From an uncultured Verrucomicrobiae bacterium (lineage in GTDB: Bacteria; Verrucomicrobiota; Verrucomicrobiia; Chthoniobacterales; JAFAMB01), in assembly GCA_963762565.1 (NCBI GenBank), contig CAVXLD010000005.1:224001-288000 (forward strand): a stretch of DNA of 64,000 nt. The letters are read 5' to 3'. Below are positions 1 to 8,419 of the stretch, one piece after another. Numbering within the stretch: position 1 is the stretch's first letter; each line of letters opens with the position of its first letter. The notes beneath the pieces were generated by a model. The model was not told where the DNA came from. It saw only the letters and a program-made list of their open reading frames with translations, and made no database searches. A program made the position numbers and the translations under genes.

Positions 1-4
1 GGGC

Positions 5-910
5 ATGCTTCCCGTGCTCATTCTCATTTGTATTTTGTTTGCAGTTCTCACCCCAAATTTTCTGACGGAGAACAATATTATCAACGTCGTGCGCCAGGCT
101 TCGATCAACATCGTGTTAGCCGCAGGAATGACGTTTGTGATTCTCACCGGTGGAATCGATCTATCCGTCGGCTCTGTGCTCGGGCTTACCGCGGTGATTG
201 CGGTCGTGGTTTCCTTGGTTCCACAACTCAGCTGGGCGGCTGTTCCGGCGGCTTTGTTGGCCGGATTAGTGATCGGCGTATTAACCGGGGCAATCGTCGC
301 CTACATGGGATTGCCGCCCTTTATCGTTACACTTGGGACCTACACCGCCATCCGGGGCGCCGCCTACCTGGCCGCGGGAGGCACCACGGTTATTAATAGT
401 AACATTGACTTTGCTTGGATCGGGAATGGTTACTTTGGGCCGATTCCCTGGTTAGTCATCCTTGCGCTTATCACCATCGCAGTCAGCGCGTTTATCCTGC
501 AGGGCACAGTTTTGGGGGTGCATGTGTATGCGGTGGGTGGCAACCCGCAAGCTGCCCGGCTGACGGGCATCCCAGTCTCGTCCGTATTAATCTTTGTGTA
601 CGGCGTCAGCGGGCTACTTTCCGGCCTGGGTGGAGCGATGAGCGCGAGTCGTCTATATAGCGCTCAAGGTCAGCTAGGTATCGGCTATGAGTTGGATGCG
701 ATCGCGGCAGTGATATTAGGTGGTACCAGTTTCTCGGGCGGGATTGGGAATGTTTTCGGGACTTTGGTTGGTGCACTAATTATTGCTGTGCTCAATAATG
801 GCCTAACTCTGCTGAACGTCTCGTTCTATTGGCAACTGGTCATAAAAGGAGCGGTTATCGTCCTGGCGGTTGCACTCGATAAACTGCGGACCCGCGGCCA
901 GGCCGCGTAA
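5..910 (+). CDS. Monosaccharide (ribose/xylose-type) ABC transporter permease, probably 5'-truncated by the window edge
   Basis: RbsC-family motifs GMTFVILTGGIDLSVGS, YAVGGNPQAARLTGI and YELDAIAAVILGGTSFSGG. Confidence 0.9.
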   Translation: MLPVLILICILFAVLTPNFLTENNIINVVRQASINIVLAAGMTFVILTGGIDLSVGSVLGLTAVIAVVVSLVPQLSWAAVPAALLAGLVIGVLTGAIVAYMGLPPFIVTLGTYTAIRGAAYLAAGGTTVINSNIDFAWIGNGYFGPIPWLVILALITIAVSAFILQGTVLGVHVYAVGGNPQAARLTGIPVSSVLIFVYGVSGLLSGLGGAMSASRLYSAQGQLGIGYELDAIAAVILGGTSFSGGIGNVFGTLVGALIIAVLNNGLTLLNVSFYWQLVIKGAVIVLAVALDKLRTRGQAA

Positions 911-1082
911 GGGATGAAGGTTTAACACTTTAACTCGGAGCATTTATGCCAGCACTTTTCGTTTCGTGGATTGCAATGACTGTCCTGATGACAGCCGCGC
1001 TTGTTCACGCCCTGAGAAGGGACTAGTGATCCGCAGAGATTTTTGCAAAGCGGTTTCGACCAGCCGCGAAGCGGCTATAGAC

Positions 1083-1295
1083 GGGGAGGGCGCGCTGCCT
1101 GTCCGCCATAGCTTTAGCGACGGAGGATCCCCGCGCGCCGCGAGGACATGCCACGACCCCAGGCGTATTTTCGTGTACGACCGTGAGAGTCCCCAGCTCC
1201 GTTAACAACGGATCGCGAGGATCCGACGTCGCCAACATCTCGAAGAAAAGAGCCTGAAGGCAGAAGGCTATGTCGGACAGGCAGCGATCCCTCCC
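1083..1295. repeat. REPIN-like doublet (family A); both arms carry a nested hairpin insert
   Basis: Left arm gggagggcgcgc..tccccgcgcgccg, ~70 bp semi-conserved spacer, right arm cggatcgcgagga..gcgatccctccc; homologous copies at 2930, 3889, 5662, 32827, 54779 and 60493. Confidence 0.85.
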
Positions 1296-1452
1296 GGGCG
1301 TTGGGCGGCACGCAATCCCAGGAAGAAGCGCCTCCCGAGTGGCGCTCGACGTCGGTACGATCATTCGAACGGCCAGCATTTCGAGCGATTAGGCTTCGCA
1401 ACCGAGAATCTATAACCTGCACATATTCAGCAAGTTATGATTATGAAGCCAG

Positions 1453-1469
1453 TTGGCACAGAAAGTGAT
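1453..1469 (+). promoter_or_regulatory. Sigma54-like -24/-12 motif TTGGCACAGAAAGTGAT
   Basis: TGGCAC -24 box with GA instead of GC at -12; near-identical copy on the minus strand at 2530-2546; IHF-like attcagcaagtta just upstream. Confidence 0.5.
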
Positions 1470-1513
1470 CCAAGGTTTCAGAAACAGAAGATTCATTGAG
1501 GAGGAGCCTCATT

Positions 1514-1639
1514 ATGATAATCCGTTCAACCATCAAAAACATTTACTATCCAAGACCAGAAAAAGGCGGACGCATTGTCCACCGAAGCGGAAGAATTCGT
1601 TACGTTCACGGTGCGCTCGTGGTGCAGTCGAAGGGCTGA
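1514..1639 (+). CDS. Small basic hypothetical protein, 41 aa (MIIRSTIKNIYYPRPEKGGRIVHRSGRIRYVHGALVVQSKG)
   Basis: GAGGAGGAG Shine-Dalgarno 7 nt before the ATG; downstream of a sigma54-like motif; below the ORF-track cutoff. Confidence 0.5.
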   Translation: MIIRSTIKNIYYPRPEKGGRIVHRSGRIRYVHGALVVQSKG

Positions 1640-1646
1640 TCGGCTC

Positions 1647-1840
1647 TTCGTTCTTGTCCTTCCGCCTTCGCCGACGCCCTGGTTGTGGAGCGCGCCTCGC
1701 TTGCGAGGCCGACATTGGGCGGTCGGCAACGTAGAGCGTGGGCTACGGCGGACGAGCTGTCCTCGAATCCAGGCGAGCAGAGTGACTGAGTATTGGAGTA
1801 CTGCGCTAGTTGGAATTACCCCCGCGGTCGCGGGGTTGGG
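1647..1840. repeat. Composite ~200 bp repeat containing a GTGG-type REP (gtggagcgcgcctcgcttgcgaggcc)
   Basis: Colinear homolog at ~54360-54570; the REP core also occurs at 2875, 23672, 23828 (inverted) and 54924. Confidence 0.85.
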
Positions 1841-1972
1841 TTGCTGAATGGGCACACCGACGGGTGCTCAGTCTAATCGCTTCCCTCGTCGCCCTTGCAG
1901 ACTCGTTGTTGTGGAGCGCACCTTCCCGCGGCCGCTGGATGAGGCCGATCTTGGCCAGATCTTAACGCGGTG

Positions 1973-2072
1973 CTCCAATGCTCCATTACTCCATTACTCC
2001 ATTACTCCATTACTCCACTACTCCACTACTCCACTACTCCACTACTCCACTACTCCACTACTCCACTACTCC
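1973..2072. repeat. Tandem octamer array: CTCCAATG x1, CTCCATTA x4, CTCCACTA x7, plus a partial unit
   Basis: Read directly from the sequence; complementary to gagtattggagta at ~1788-1800. Confidence 0.95.
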
Positions 2073-2198
2073 GCTCGGCTGGCTATCTAGTGCGGCTCGC
2101 AGAACGTATCCTACCCGGCAAGTGCCAGGCAGAAAAGAAAGGCCGACATGCAGAGGAGTAGAATAAAGGTCTCCATTGTTAGGCGCTAAATGGCTGGT

Positions 2199-2510
2199 CT
2201 AACAGCTTGCATCTAAACCGTAGCCGCGTGCGACCCACTCGCAGAATCGTTTGGCTTCACCGACGGTCTTGGCAGAGCTGAGTACGGCATAACAATCTCC
2301 GGCAAAAGAAAACATCGCCGAAAACATGCCGCCGACTCCGGAGTTAATCTCGAATTTTGCCGGTCCGATTCTGCCGACGAAATACTGAGCCTGCTCGTGA
2401 TTTTCCCAGCTTATCCGTCGACCAGGCCTCAGGTTTAAGCCTTCGGTGCGGCCGTGTGAATCCTCGGGTCCCAGTTCGGCGACAGGATGGGCTTTTGGTT
2501 CGTCTTTCAT
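2199..2510 (-). CDS. Hypothetical protein (103 aa)
   Basis: Protein-like composition, lies in non-repeat DNA, sigma54-like motif ~20 nt upstream. Confidence 0.55.
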   Translation of the reverse strand: MKDEPKAHPVAELGPEDSHGRTEGLNLRPGRRISWENHEQAQYFVGRIGPAKFEINSGVGGMFSAMFSFAGDCYAVLSSAKTVGEAKRFCEWVARGYGLDASC

Positions 2511-2529
2511 TGCTTTCAGTCACAGTGAC

Positions 2530-2546
2530 ATCATTTTCTGTGCCAA
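2530..2546 (-). promoter_or_regulatory. Sigma54-like motif TTGGCACAGAAAATGAT
   Basis: 16/17 identical to the motif at 1453-1469; oriented toward ORF 2199..2510. Confidence 0.5.
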
Positions 2547-2929
2547 AGTCGTGGACATCTACAACACTCTCATAGTGTTGTCCTTATAAGGTTTGAGCCG
2601 ATAGGTTACTCAGAACGAAAAACGGGAAGTTCTGAGAATCGTCTCTCGGTTCCACGCTCGGGCTTCGTGTTCGTCCTCGATTCGGCTCCTGGGGGACCGA
2701 CATGTGCAAGACGTCAGACGGGGCCGGGGAGCCGCGGCGGTCCTGGAACTGGGACGGCTGATGCCGATTTTGTAACGGTTTGGTAGCCGTCGATCCTGGC
2801 ACAGTAACGTCAACACCTGTGATCACCTCGTGTGGATCCCCGGGGCGCGATCTTTCAGTTTACGTTGCCGATTTGTGTAGCGCGCCTCGCTTGCGAGACC
2901 GACTTCGAGCGTTCGGCAACGTAGAGCGT

Positions 2930-3052
2930 GGGGAGGGCGCGCGTCCCCGCGCGCCGCGAGGACCTGCCACCAGCTGGCGGCGTATTTTCGTCTCCGATCA
3001 AAACACGTCCTCGGTTTCAATCAAAACGGATCGCGAGGACGCGATCCCTCCC
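2930..3052. repeat. REPIN-like doublet (family A) without nested inserts
   Basis: gggagggcgcgcgtccccgcgcgccg ... cggatcgcgaggacgcgatccctccc. Confidence 0.9.
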
Positions 3053-3107
3053 GGCGATGGACCCGAAAAGCATCCGCCTTGGCGGCTTGTAGATGCTGAA
3101 GGAATAG

Positions 3108-3142
3108 TTGAAAAGCAAGGCTGATGCGATAGCATCTGATGC
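3108..3142 (+). promoter_or_regulatory. Putative leaderless sigma70 promoter and operator of the TA operon
   Basis: TTGAAA-N16-TAGCAT ending 7 nt before the ATG; overlapping GATGC/GCATC inverted repeats, as expected for antitoxin autorepression. Confidence 0.5.
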
Positions 3143-3388
3143 ATGCGCACTACGCTAGACGTCGATGATGACGTGCTACAGGCCGCCAAGGAACTCGCGC
3201 GGCGACACAAGAAGACTGCCGGGAAAATGCTGTCTGAGTTGGCTCGGAGAGGTCTAACCCTCCCGCAAGTCGGTTCGACAATCTCGACGGAGCCAGCCTT
3301 TCTCGGTTTTGAGCCGTTTCCCCGTCGCGGAGGTGTCGTCACAAACGAACTGATCAACCAGATCCGCGCCGCGGAGGCAGGGGAGTGA
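3143..3388 (+). CDS. vapB: VapB-type antitoxin (ribbon-helix-helix/CopG-like)
   Basis: MRTTLDVDDDVLQAAKELA N-terminus and VVTNELINQIR C-terminus; overlaps the PIN toxin start (GTGA). Confidence 0.85.
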   Translation: MRTTLDVDDDVLQAAKELARRHKKTAGKMLSELARRGLTLPQVGSTISTEPAFLGFEPFPRRGGVVTNELINQIRAAEAGE

Positions 3389-3816
3389 GACGTGCCCTGC
3401 TCGACATCAATATTCTGATAGCGTTACTCGATCTTGATCATTCCCATCACCAGGAAGCCAGAAAGTGGCTTGAACGAGAAGCCAAATACGGTTGGGCGTC
3501 CTGCCCAATTACGCAAAACGGCTGTATCCGGGTGATGTCTCAGCCGAGCTATTTGAACCCGTTGCCGGCCAGATCTGTAATTGCTCGATTAGCAGTCGCA
3601 ACTCGCTCGAACTATCATGAGTTCTGGCCCGACGACATCAGCATTCTGAACGAGTCTTTGGTCCGAGCCGAACGGCTGCACGGACCGAAACAACTGACCG
3701 ATATTTATCTGTTGGCTCTAGCGGCGCATCATGATGGGCGGTTCATCACCTTTGATGGAACTGTGCCGGCATCGGCTGTGGTGAACGCCCGGAAGAATCA
3801 TCTGGTTGTTATTTAG
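3385..3816 (+). CDS. vapC: VapC PIN-domain toxin
   Basis: LLDINILIAL, QLTDIYLLALA and FITFD motifs of PIN ribonucleases. Confidence 0.9.
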   Translation: MRRALLDINILIALLDLDHSHHQEARKWLEREAKYGWASCPITQNGCIRVMSQPSYLNPLPARSVIARLAVATRSNYHEFWPDDISILNESLVRAERLHGPKQLTDIYLLALAAHHDGRFITFDGTVPASAVVNARKNHLVVI

Positions 3817-3888
3817 GCGGGCGTGTGGAGCGTGGCGTCCCGCGGCCGCGCCTGCGCGTCAACATAAGCGTTCGAGGAGCCCCTGACA

Positions 3889-4072
3889 GGGAGGGCGCGC
3901 GTCCCCGCGCGCCGTGATGGTGTTCTCGAAGCCAACGGTGTATTTTCCGTCCTTGATTAGGCTAGGCTGTGGGCTTCGGGAACGACGGATCGCGAGGATC
4001 CGACGTCGCCAACATCTCGAAGAAAAGAGCCTGAAGGCAGAAGGCTATGTCGGACAGGCAGCGATCCCTCCC
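3889..4072. repeat. REPIN-like doublet (family A); right arm carries a 60-nt insert identical to 1222-1281
   Basis: Direct sequence comparison. Confidence 0.9.
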
Positions 4073-4121
4073 AGCGCTGGGTCGGCAGCCGCCACCTGCT
4101 CAAGAGCCGAGTGGAATTGGA

Positions 4122-5690
4122 ATGATTCAATTTTCTGCAAAAACAGCGCGGATGGCATTCGCTGCTTTGCTTCTGTTTGCCAATGCAGATTGGGTTACCG
4201 ATTCGGCGGCATCGCCGGCCTCACTGTCAGTATTCGTCAAAAAAGCAGACGACGCCTACCGAAATCTTCCAGGCTCGATTGCGACTTACAATCTTGCCAT
4301 GCGAGAACTTTGCCTGGAGATGGAGGTCGAAAGTCCCCGGCAATTCGCCTCGAATTTAAGGAGGTTGGGGGTAGAGTTCGATTCGCCAAAGGTCGCGCTT
4401 CCGCTGAGGCGTATTCAGGTTGCCGCCTTTTCACCCGGATCGGATTGGAAACAGATCGGTGTTCCGTTAGTAGTTGGTTATGAAACGAAAGACGCGCCGC
4501 TTTATCCACCGGAGGGTCTTTTCGTGGACGGTACCGCAATCTATGAGCGGGCAAGGGGACACGCGAAATTTTTGATAGTCTCCCACAAGAACGATGTCCT
4601 GCTCAACGGGCGTTCTTATTCACTTGCTGCAAATCACAATGCGGCCGGCGATCACTTAAAGCTCAGGGCAAAACGTCTCGCGGCCTCGGGGTTTGCGGGC
4701 ATGATCCGTCCGCTCTCAGCGTCGCGGAAGCCGCAGATTTATCTCCTGGATCCGTATGATCCGAACAAAATACCACTGTTGATGGTGCACGGTTTGCAAT
4801 CGACGCCGGTGGGATTCGCCGCGCTCGTGAATGCGCTTCGCGATGATCCGGAAGTTCGGGCCAAATATCAGATCTGGCAGTTCTATTACGCGAGTGGCAC
4901 CCCTGTTTTGCTTAACGCTTTGGAGCTTCGAGACAGTCTGAAGGAGACGCTCCAGCGGCTTGATCCAAAAGATCGCGATGCTGCCACGAAGCGGATCGTG
5001 GTGCTTGGGCATAGTATGGGTGGCGTTATTTCACACACGCTGGTGAGTTCTAGCGACGATCGAGTTTGGGGAAGTGTCTTCCGAGTTCCTCCGGATCACC
5101 TGAAAGGCGATCGCGAAACAATTCATGAATTGGCGCGCATTCTCTTTTTCCGCCGGAACCCGCGTGTCGTACGGGTGATTTTCATGGCGGCGCCGAATCG
5201 CGGCAGCCCGATAGCCGATTCGTTGGCGGGGTTAATCGGCAACTCTCTTACCCGCGAGGCTCCGATGCTTGAACACGGATTCAGCCAGTTGGCCCGTTTG
5301 AATCCGCAAGCGATGACTCCGGAGGCAGCGGTTTACTATCGGGGCCGATTTTCCGCAGTGCGAACGCTTTCGCCGCGAAGCCCGGCGCTAATAGCGGTTT
5401 CCAAGCTGCCAATAGAAGTTCCTTACCACAGCGTGATCGGACAGCATTATTCAGGTCCGAAGGACCGAGGATCGGATGGGGTAGTGCCATACTGGAGCAG
5501 CCACCTGGACGGATCCCAATCTGAGCTGATCGTGCGGAGTGGACACGGAGGCATCATCTCCAACCGCGACGCACTGGGTGAGACCATTCGGATTCTGCAT
5601 GTCGAAGATCGTCTCAGGAGACTGCCCATCCTGCGGCCCGATTCACCGAAGCACGAAGGGTGGGGAGGGCGCGCTGCCTGTCCGACATAG
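4122..5690 (+). CDS. Probably secreted alpha/beta hydrolase (esterase/lipase)
   Basis: VHGLQS, GHSMGG nucleophile elbow, DGVVPYWSSHL; start moved from 4047, which lies inside a repeat; C-terminus reads into a repeat. Confidence 0.8.
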   Translation: MIQFSAKTARMAFAALLLFANADWVTDSAASPASLSVFVKKADDAYRNLPGSIATYNLAMRELCLEMEVESPRQFASNLRRLGVEFDSPKVALPLRRIQVAAFSPGSDWKQIGVPLVVGYETKDAPLYPPEGLFVDGTAIYERARGHAKFLIVSHKNDVLLNGRSYSLAANHNAAGDHLKLRAKRLAASGFAGMIRPLSASRKPQIYLLDPYDPNKIPLLMVHGLQSTPVGFAALVNALRDDPEVRAKYQIWQFYYASGTPVLLNALELRDSLKETLQRLDPKDRDAATKRIVVLGHSMGGVISHTLVSSSDDRVWGSVFRVPPDHLKGDRETIHELARILFFRRNPRVVRVIFMAAPNRGSPIADSLAGLIGNSLTREAPMLEHGFSQLARLNPQAMTPEAAVYYRGRFSAVRTLSPRSPALIAVSKLPIEVPYHSVIGQHYSGPKDRGSDGVVPYWSSHLDGSQSELIVRSGHGGIISNRDALGETIRILHVEDRLRRLPILRPDSPKHEGWGGRAACPT

Positions 5691-5875
5691 CCTGAGGCAA
5701 CCAATCGATTTTTCTCCCAGCGGGGCGACGTCGGATCCCCGCGCGCCGTTAGGAGGACGTGCCATGACCCAAGGCCATATTTTTGTCCGCGATTACAACC
5801 CGTCCGCGGCTTCGTTGACGAAGCGGATCGCGAGGACGCGATCCCTCCCGGGCGCGCGGGGACGCGCGCCTCCCC
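5662..5875. repeat. REPIN-like element (family A) with a 59-nt nested insert in the left arm and a third arm
   Basis: Arms at ~5662-5748, 5824-5849 and 5850-5875. Confidence 0.85.
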
Positions 5876-5906
5876 AATTTGCACCTGCGCGAGAGTTTCC
5901 TACCCG

Positions 5907-6767
5907 CTAACCTTTCGCGGATGGGCCACCAAGCTGCCCGACATAGTATCCCAGTCGAGTTTCCACATCGCCGGCCCGGTGGAAGCCGAGCTTCATCAAA
6001 GCCTCAAGTCTAGTTTTGGCGGCTGGGCGCCCAACCGAGGCAACAAAGGCATCCCATTCGGGCACGATTTCCGCGTCTTTTGGCAGGCTGGCAACATCGA
6101 CCAGCCGTTTTGTTTCGGCGAGGGCTTGTTTGTCGAAGGAAGAGATTCGCACCGCAAGCGCTTCCACAAAAGAATCGAGCTCTGCGTCCGGGAAAGCACG
6201 ATTCACATAGCCGTAACGCTCGGCGAGATCTCCTGGAATATCGTCTGCTCCCAGCAGCACTTCTAACGCACGTCCACGACCGATTAGACGAGGCAAGCGC
6301 GCCATGGGGCCGCCCCCTGGAACCAAGCCGGCGCCGACCTCCCATTGCGATAAGATGGCTTTTTCCCGACTGGCAAAACGCATATCACATGCGAGCGAAA
6401 GCTCGCTTCCAACGCCGGTAGCCCGTCCCCGAATCGAGGCAATGGACACGACATGGGCGCGGCTCAGGCGCGCAAACATGTCGGGAAGCGGCTGCAGACC
6501 TGTCGGGCCGGGAGACATGCCTGGGTCGTCTTCCGGCTTAGCTAGGAAATCCCAGTGGGTTATAAAGAAGCCTTCAACCGCGCTGTCAAAGACCACCACC
6601 TTTAGCTGCTCATCAGTTTCGATTTTGGAAATAATCTTGTTCAACGGGGAAAGGTTTTTCGGGCCGAAGATGCCCACTGGCGGAAGGTCAAAAGTAACCC
6701 GCCAATAAAATGGCGAACGTTGTTCCAGACGGATCTGTCCGCCGTCCGCGATAGGTGTTTCGTTCAT
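5907..6767 (-). CDS. Enoyl-CoA hydratase/isomerase family protein
   Basis: IASIRGRATGVGSELSLACDMRFAS and EVGAGLVPGGG crotonase motifs. Confidence 0.9.
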   Translation of the reverse strand: MNETPIADGGQIRLEQRSPFYWRVTFDLPPVGIFGPKNLSPLNKIISKIETDEQLKVVVFDSAVEGFFITHWDFLAKPEDDPGMSPGPTGLQPLPDMFARLSRAHVVSIASIRGRATGVGSELSLACDMRFASREKAILSQWEVGAGLVPGGGPMARLPRLIGRGRALEVLLGADDIPGDLAERYGYVNRAFPDAELDSFVEALAVRISSFDKQALAETKRLVDVASLPKDAEIVPEWDAFVASVGRPAAKTRLEALMKLGFHRAGDVETRLGYYVGQLGGPSAKG

Positions 6768-6797
6768 CCTCTGAACGACGCCTATAAGCGTTGTTGT

Positions 6798-6822
6798 ATC
6801 TATTAGACCTACGTATCGGTTC
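6798..6822. promoter_or_regulatory. Candidate regulatory motif atctattagacctacgtatcggttc
   Basis: Near-identical to 23893-23916 (atctattagaccaaggtatcgttc); both lie in divergent intergenic regions. Confidence 0.45.
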
Positions 6823-7091
6823 GATGATTTTCCCGTTCTCTTGTCCTAAGAGACTCAGCCGGGCTTTCGCAGCCTGACGACGGGACGAAGTTCTGGCTTT
6901 CCTCCACCAATACTTTGGTACAATGGATTTGCCCGCAAGTCTCCGCTTAATTCGATCAGGCGATCGAACGCCTAACTTTTATAACTATCGCAACCCCCAG
7001 CACGCGGAAGGACTCTAAGACCGGTTCACAAATTCTGGTGAGGCCATTCTCGAACGAGCCGCTGCCGCGTTGCAGATAACCAGCGAAAACT

Positions 7092-7916
7092 ATGAGCCAC
7101 ATCACAACCAAAGACGGAGTACAAATCTACTATAAAGACTGGGGCAACGGCCAACCGATCGTGTTTAGTCATGGCTGGCCGCTTTCGGCGGACGATTGGG
7201 ACCCGCAAATGCTGTTTTTCCTCTCCAAGGGTTATCGGGTCATTGCACACGACCGGCGCGGGCACGGCCGTTCGACGCAAGTAGCCGACGGTCACGACCT
7301 TGATCACTATGCCGACGATCTGAAGGCCGTCACTGACCATCTCAACTTGAGGGATCCGATTCACATCGGCCATTCGACCGGCGGCGGCGAAGTGGTGCGT
7401 TATCTGGCCCGCCATGGCGATAAAAACGTGGCCAAGGCGGCGATCATCTCTGCCGTGCCGCCACTGATGGTGAAGACCCCGGCCAATCCGCTAGGCCTGC
7501 CTAAATCGGTGTTCGACGATCTCCAAGCCCAACTCTTCGCCAACCGGGCCAAGTTTTATTACGACGTGCCGGCCGGTCCGTTCTACGGCTTCAACCGTCC
7601 CGGCGTGGAAAAGATCGAGCCTACCGTTTGGAACTGGTGGCGCCAAGGGATGATGGGCGGCGCCAAGGCTCACTATGACGGCATCGTCGCGTTCTCGCAG
7701 ACCGACTTCACGGAAGATCTGAAGAAGATTTCGGTGCCGGTTCTGGTCATGCATAGCGAGGATGACCAAATCGTGCCCTATCAAGCATCCGGCCCACTCT
7801 CGGCCAAGCTCCTCAAGAACAGTACGCTGAAGACATACAAAGACTACCCGCACGGGATGATCACGACACAGGCGGACGTCATCAACGCCGACCTGCTCGC
7901 CTTCCTCAAAGGCTAA
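7092..7916 (+). CDS. cpo: Non-heme chloroperoxidase / arylesterase (alpha/beta hydrolase)
   Basis: [35 protein letters not shown] and PHG motifs. Confidence 0.92.
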   Translation: MSHITTKDGVQIYYKDWGNGQPIVFSHGWPLSADDWDPQMLFFLSKGYRVIAHDRRGHGRSTQVADGHDLDHYADDLKAVTDHLNLRDPIHIGHSTGGGEVVRYLARHGDKNVAKAAIISAVPPLMVKTPANPLGLPKSVFDDLQAQLFANRAKFYYDVPAGPFYGFNRPGVEKIEPTVWNWWRQGMMGGAKAHYDGIVAFSQTDFTEDLKKISVPVLVMHSEDDQIVPYQASGPLSAKLLKNSTLKTYKDYPHGMITTQADVINADLLAFLKG

Positions 7917-7920
7917 GTCA

Positions 7921-8248
7921 TCGATTCGCACCACAATACGGAAAGATCACGGCGCGGCATAGCCGGAACCCACGCACAGAAAATCTCACGCAAAGCCGCA
8001 AAGGCGCAAAGGTCAAGAGCATGCAAATGTCGCGCAAAGTACGATGACCATCAGGGAGGTAATAATTCTTAACCAGCGCGTTTTTTGGTGGCTCGGCCAA
8101 TCTTCGCCGGCCAACGCCATCCATTGCTTCGAAAATCAAAAACGCTCAGTCCTGCATGGTTTTAACCTTTGCGTCTTTGTGTGAGATTTTTCTGTGGTTG
8201 GGTTGCGGCTATGCCGCGCTGTGACCTTTCTGTGTTGTGCGAAATCGA
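7921..8248. repeat. Nested multi-layer palindromic element
   Basis: Three stacked inverted layers: cacaatacggaaagatcac / gcgcggcatagcc / cacagaaaatctcacgcaaag, each with its reverse complement. Confidence 0.85.
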
Positions 8249-8419
8249 ATTGGGCCAGCTCCTCATTATTTCTATCCCACGGATAAAGGATGGAAATTCA
8301 ACGGACCGCTGGAAACCGATGAGGCCACCATCGGTACCGGGTTGCATAGACATCAATTCGCTTCTACCCATAGCAAGGCGGACGTAAGAACTAACTAATT
8401 TCGACAAAAGGAGAATGAT

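Noticed and set aside
1848..2166. ORFs with LLHYSITP/LLHYSTTP repeats
   Set aside because: Artefacts of the octamer array, which is open in several frames
2640..2850. GC-rich stretch as a possible structured ncRNA
   Set aside because: No recognisable RNA family and no second copy for covariation
1083..5875. CRISPR-like reading of repeats with ~33-nt variable segments
   Set aside because: Copies are dispersed and in both orientations rather than a tandem repeat-spacer array; no cas genes are present
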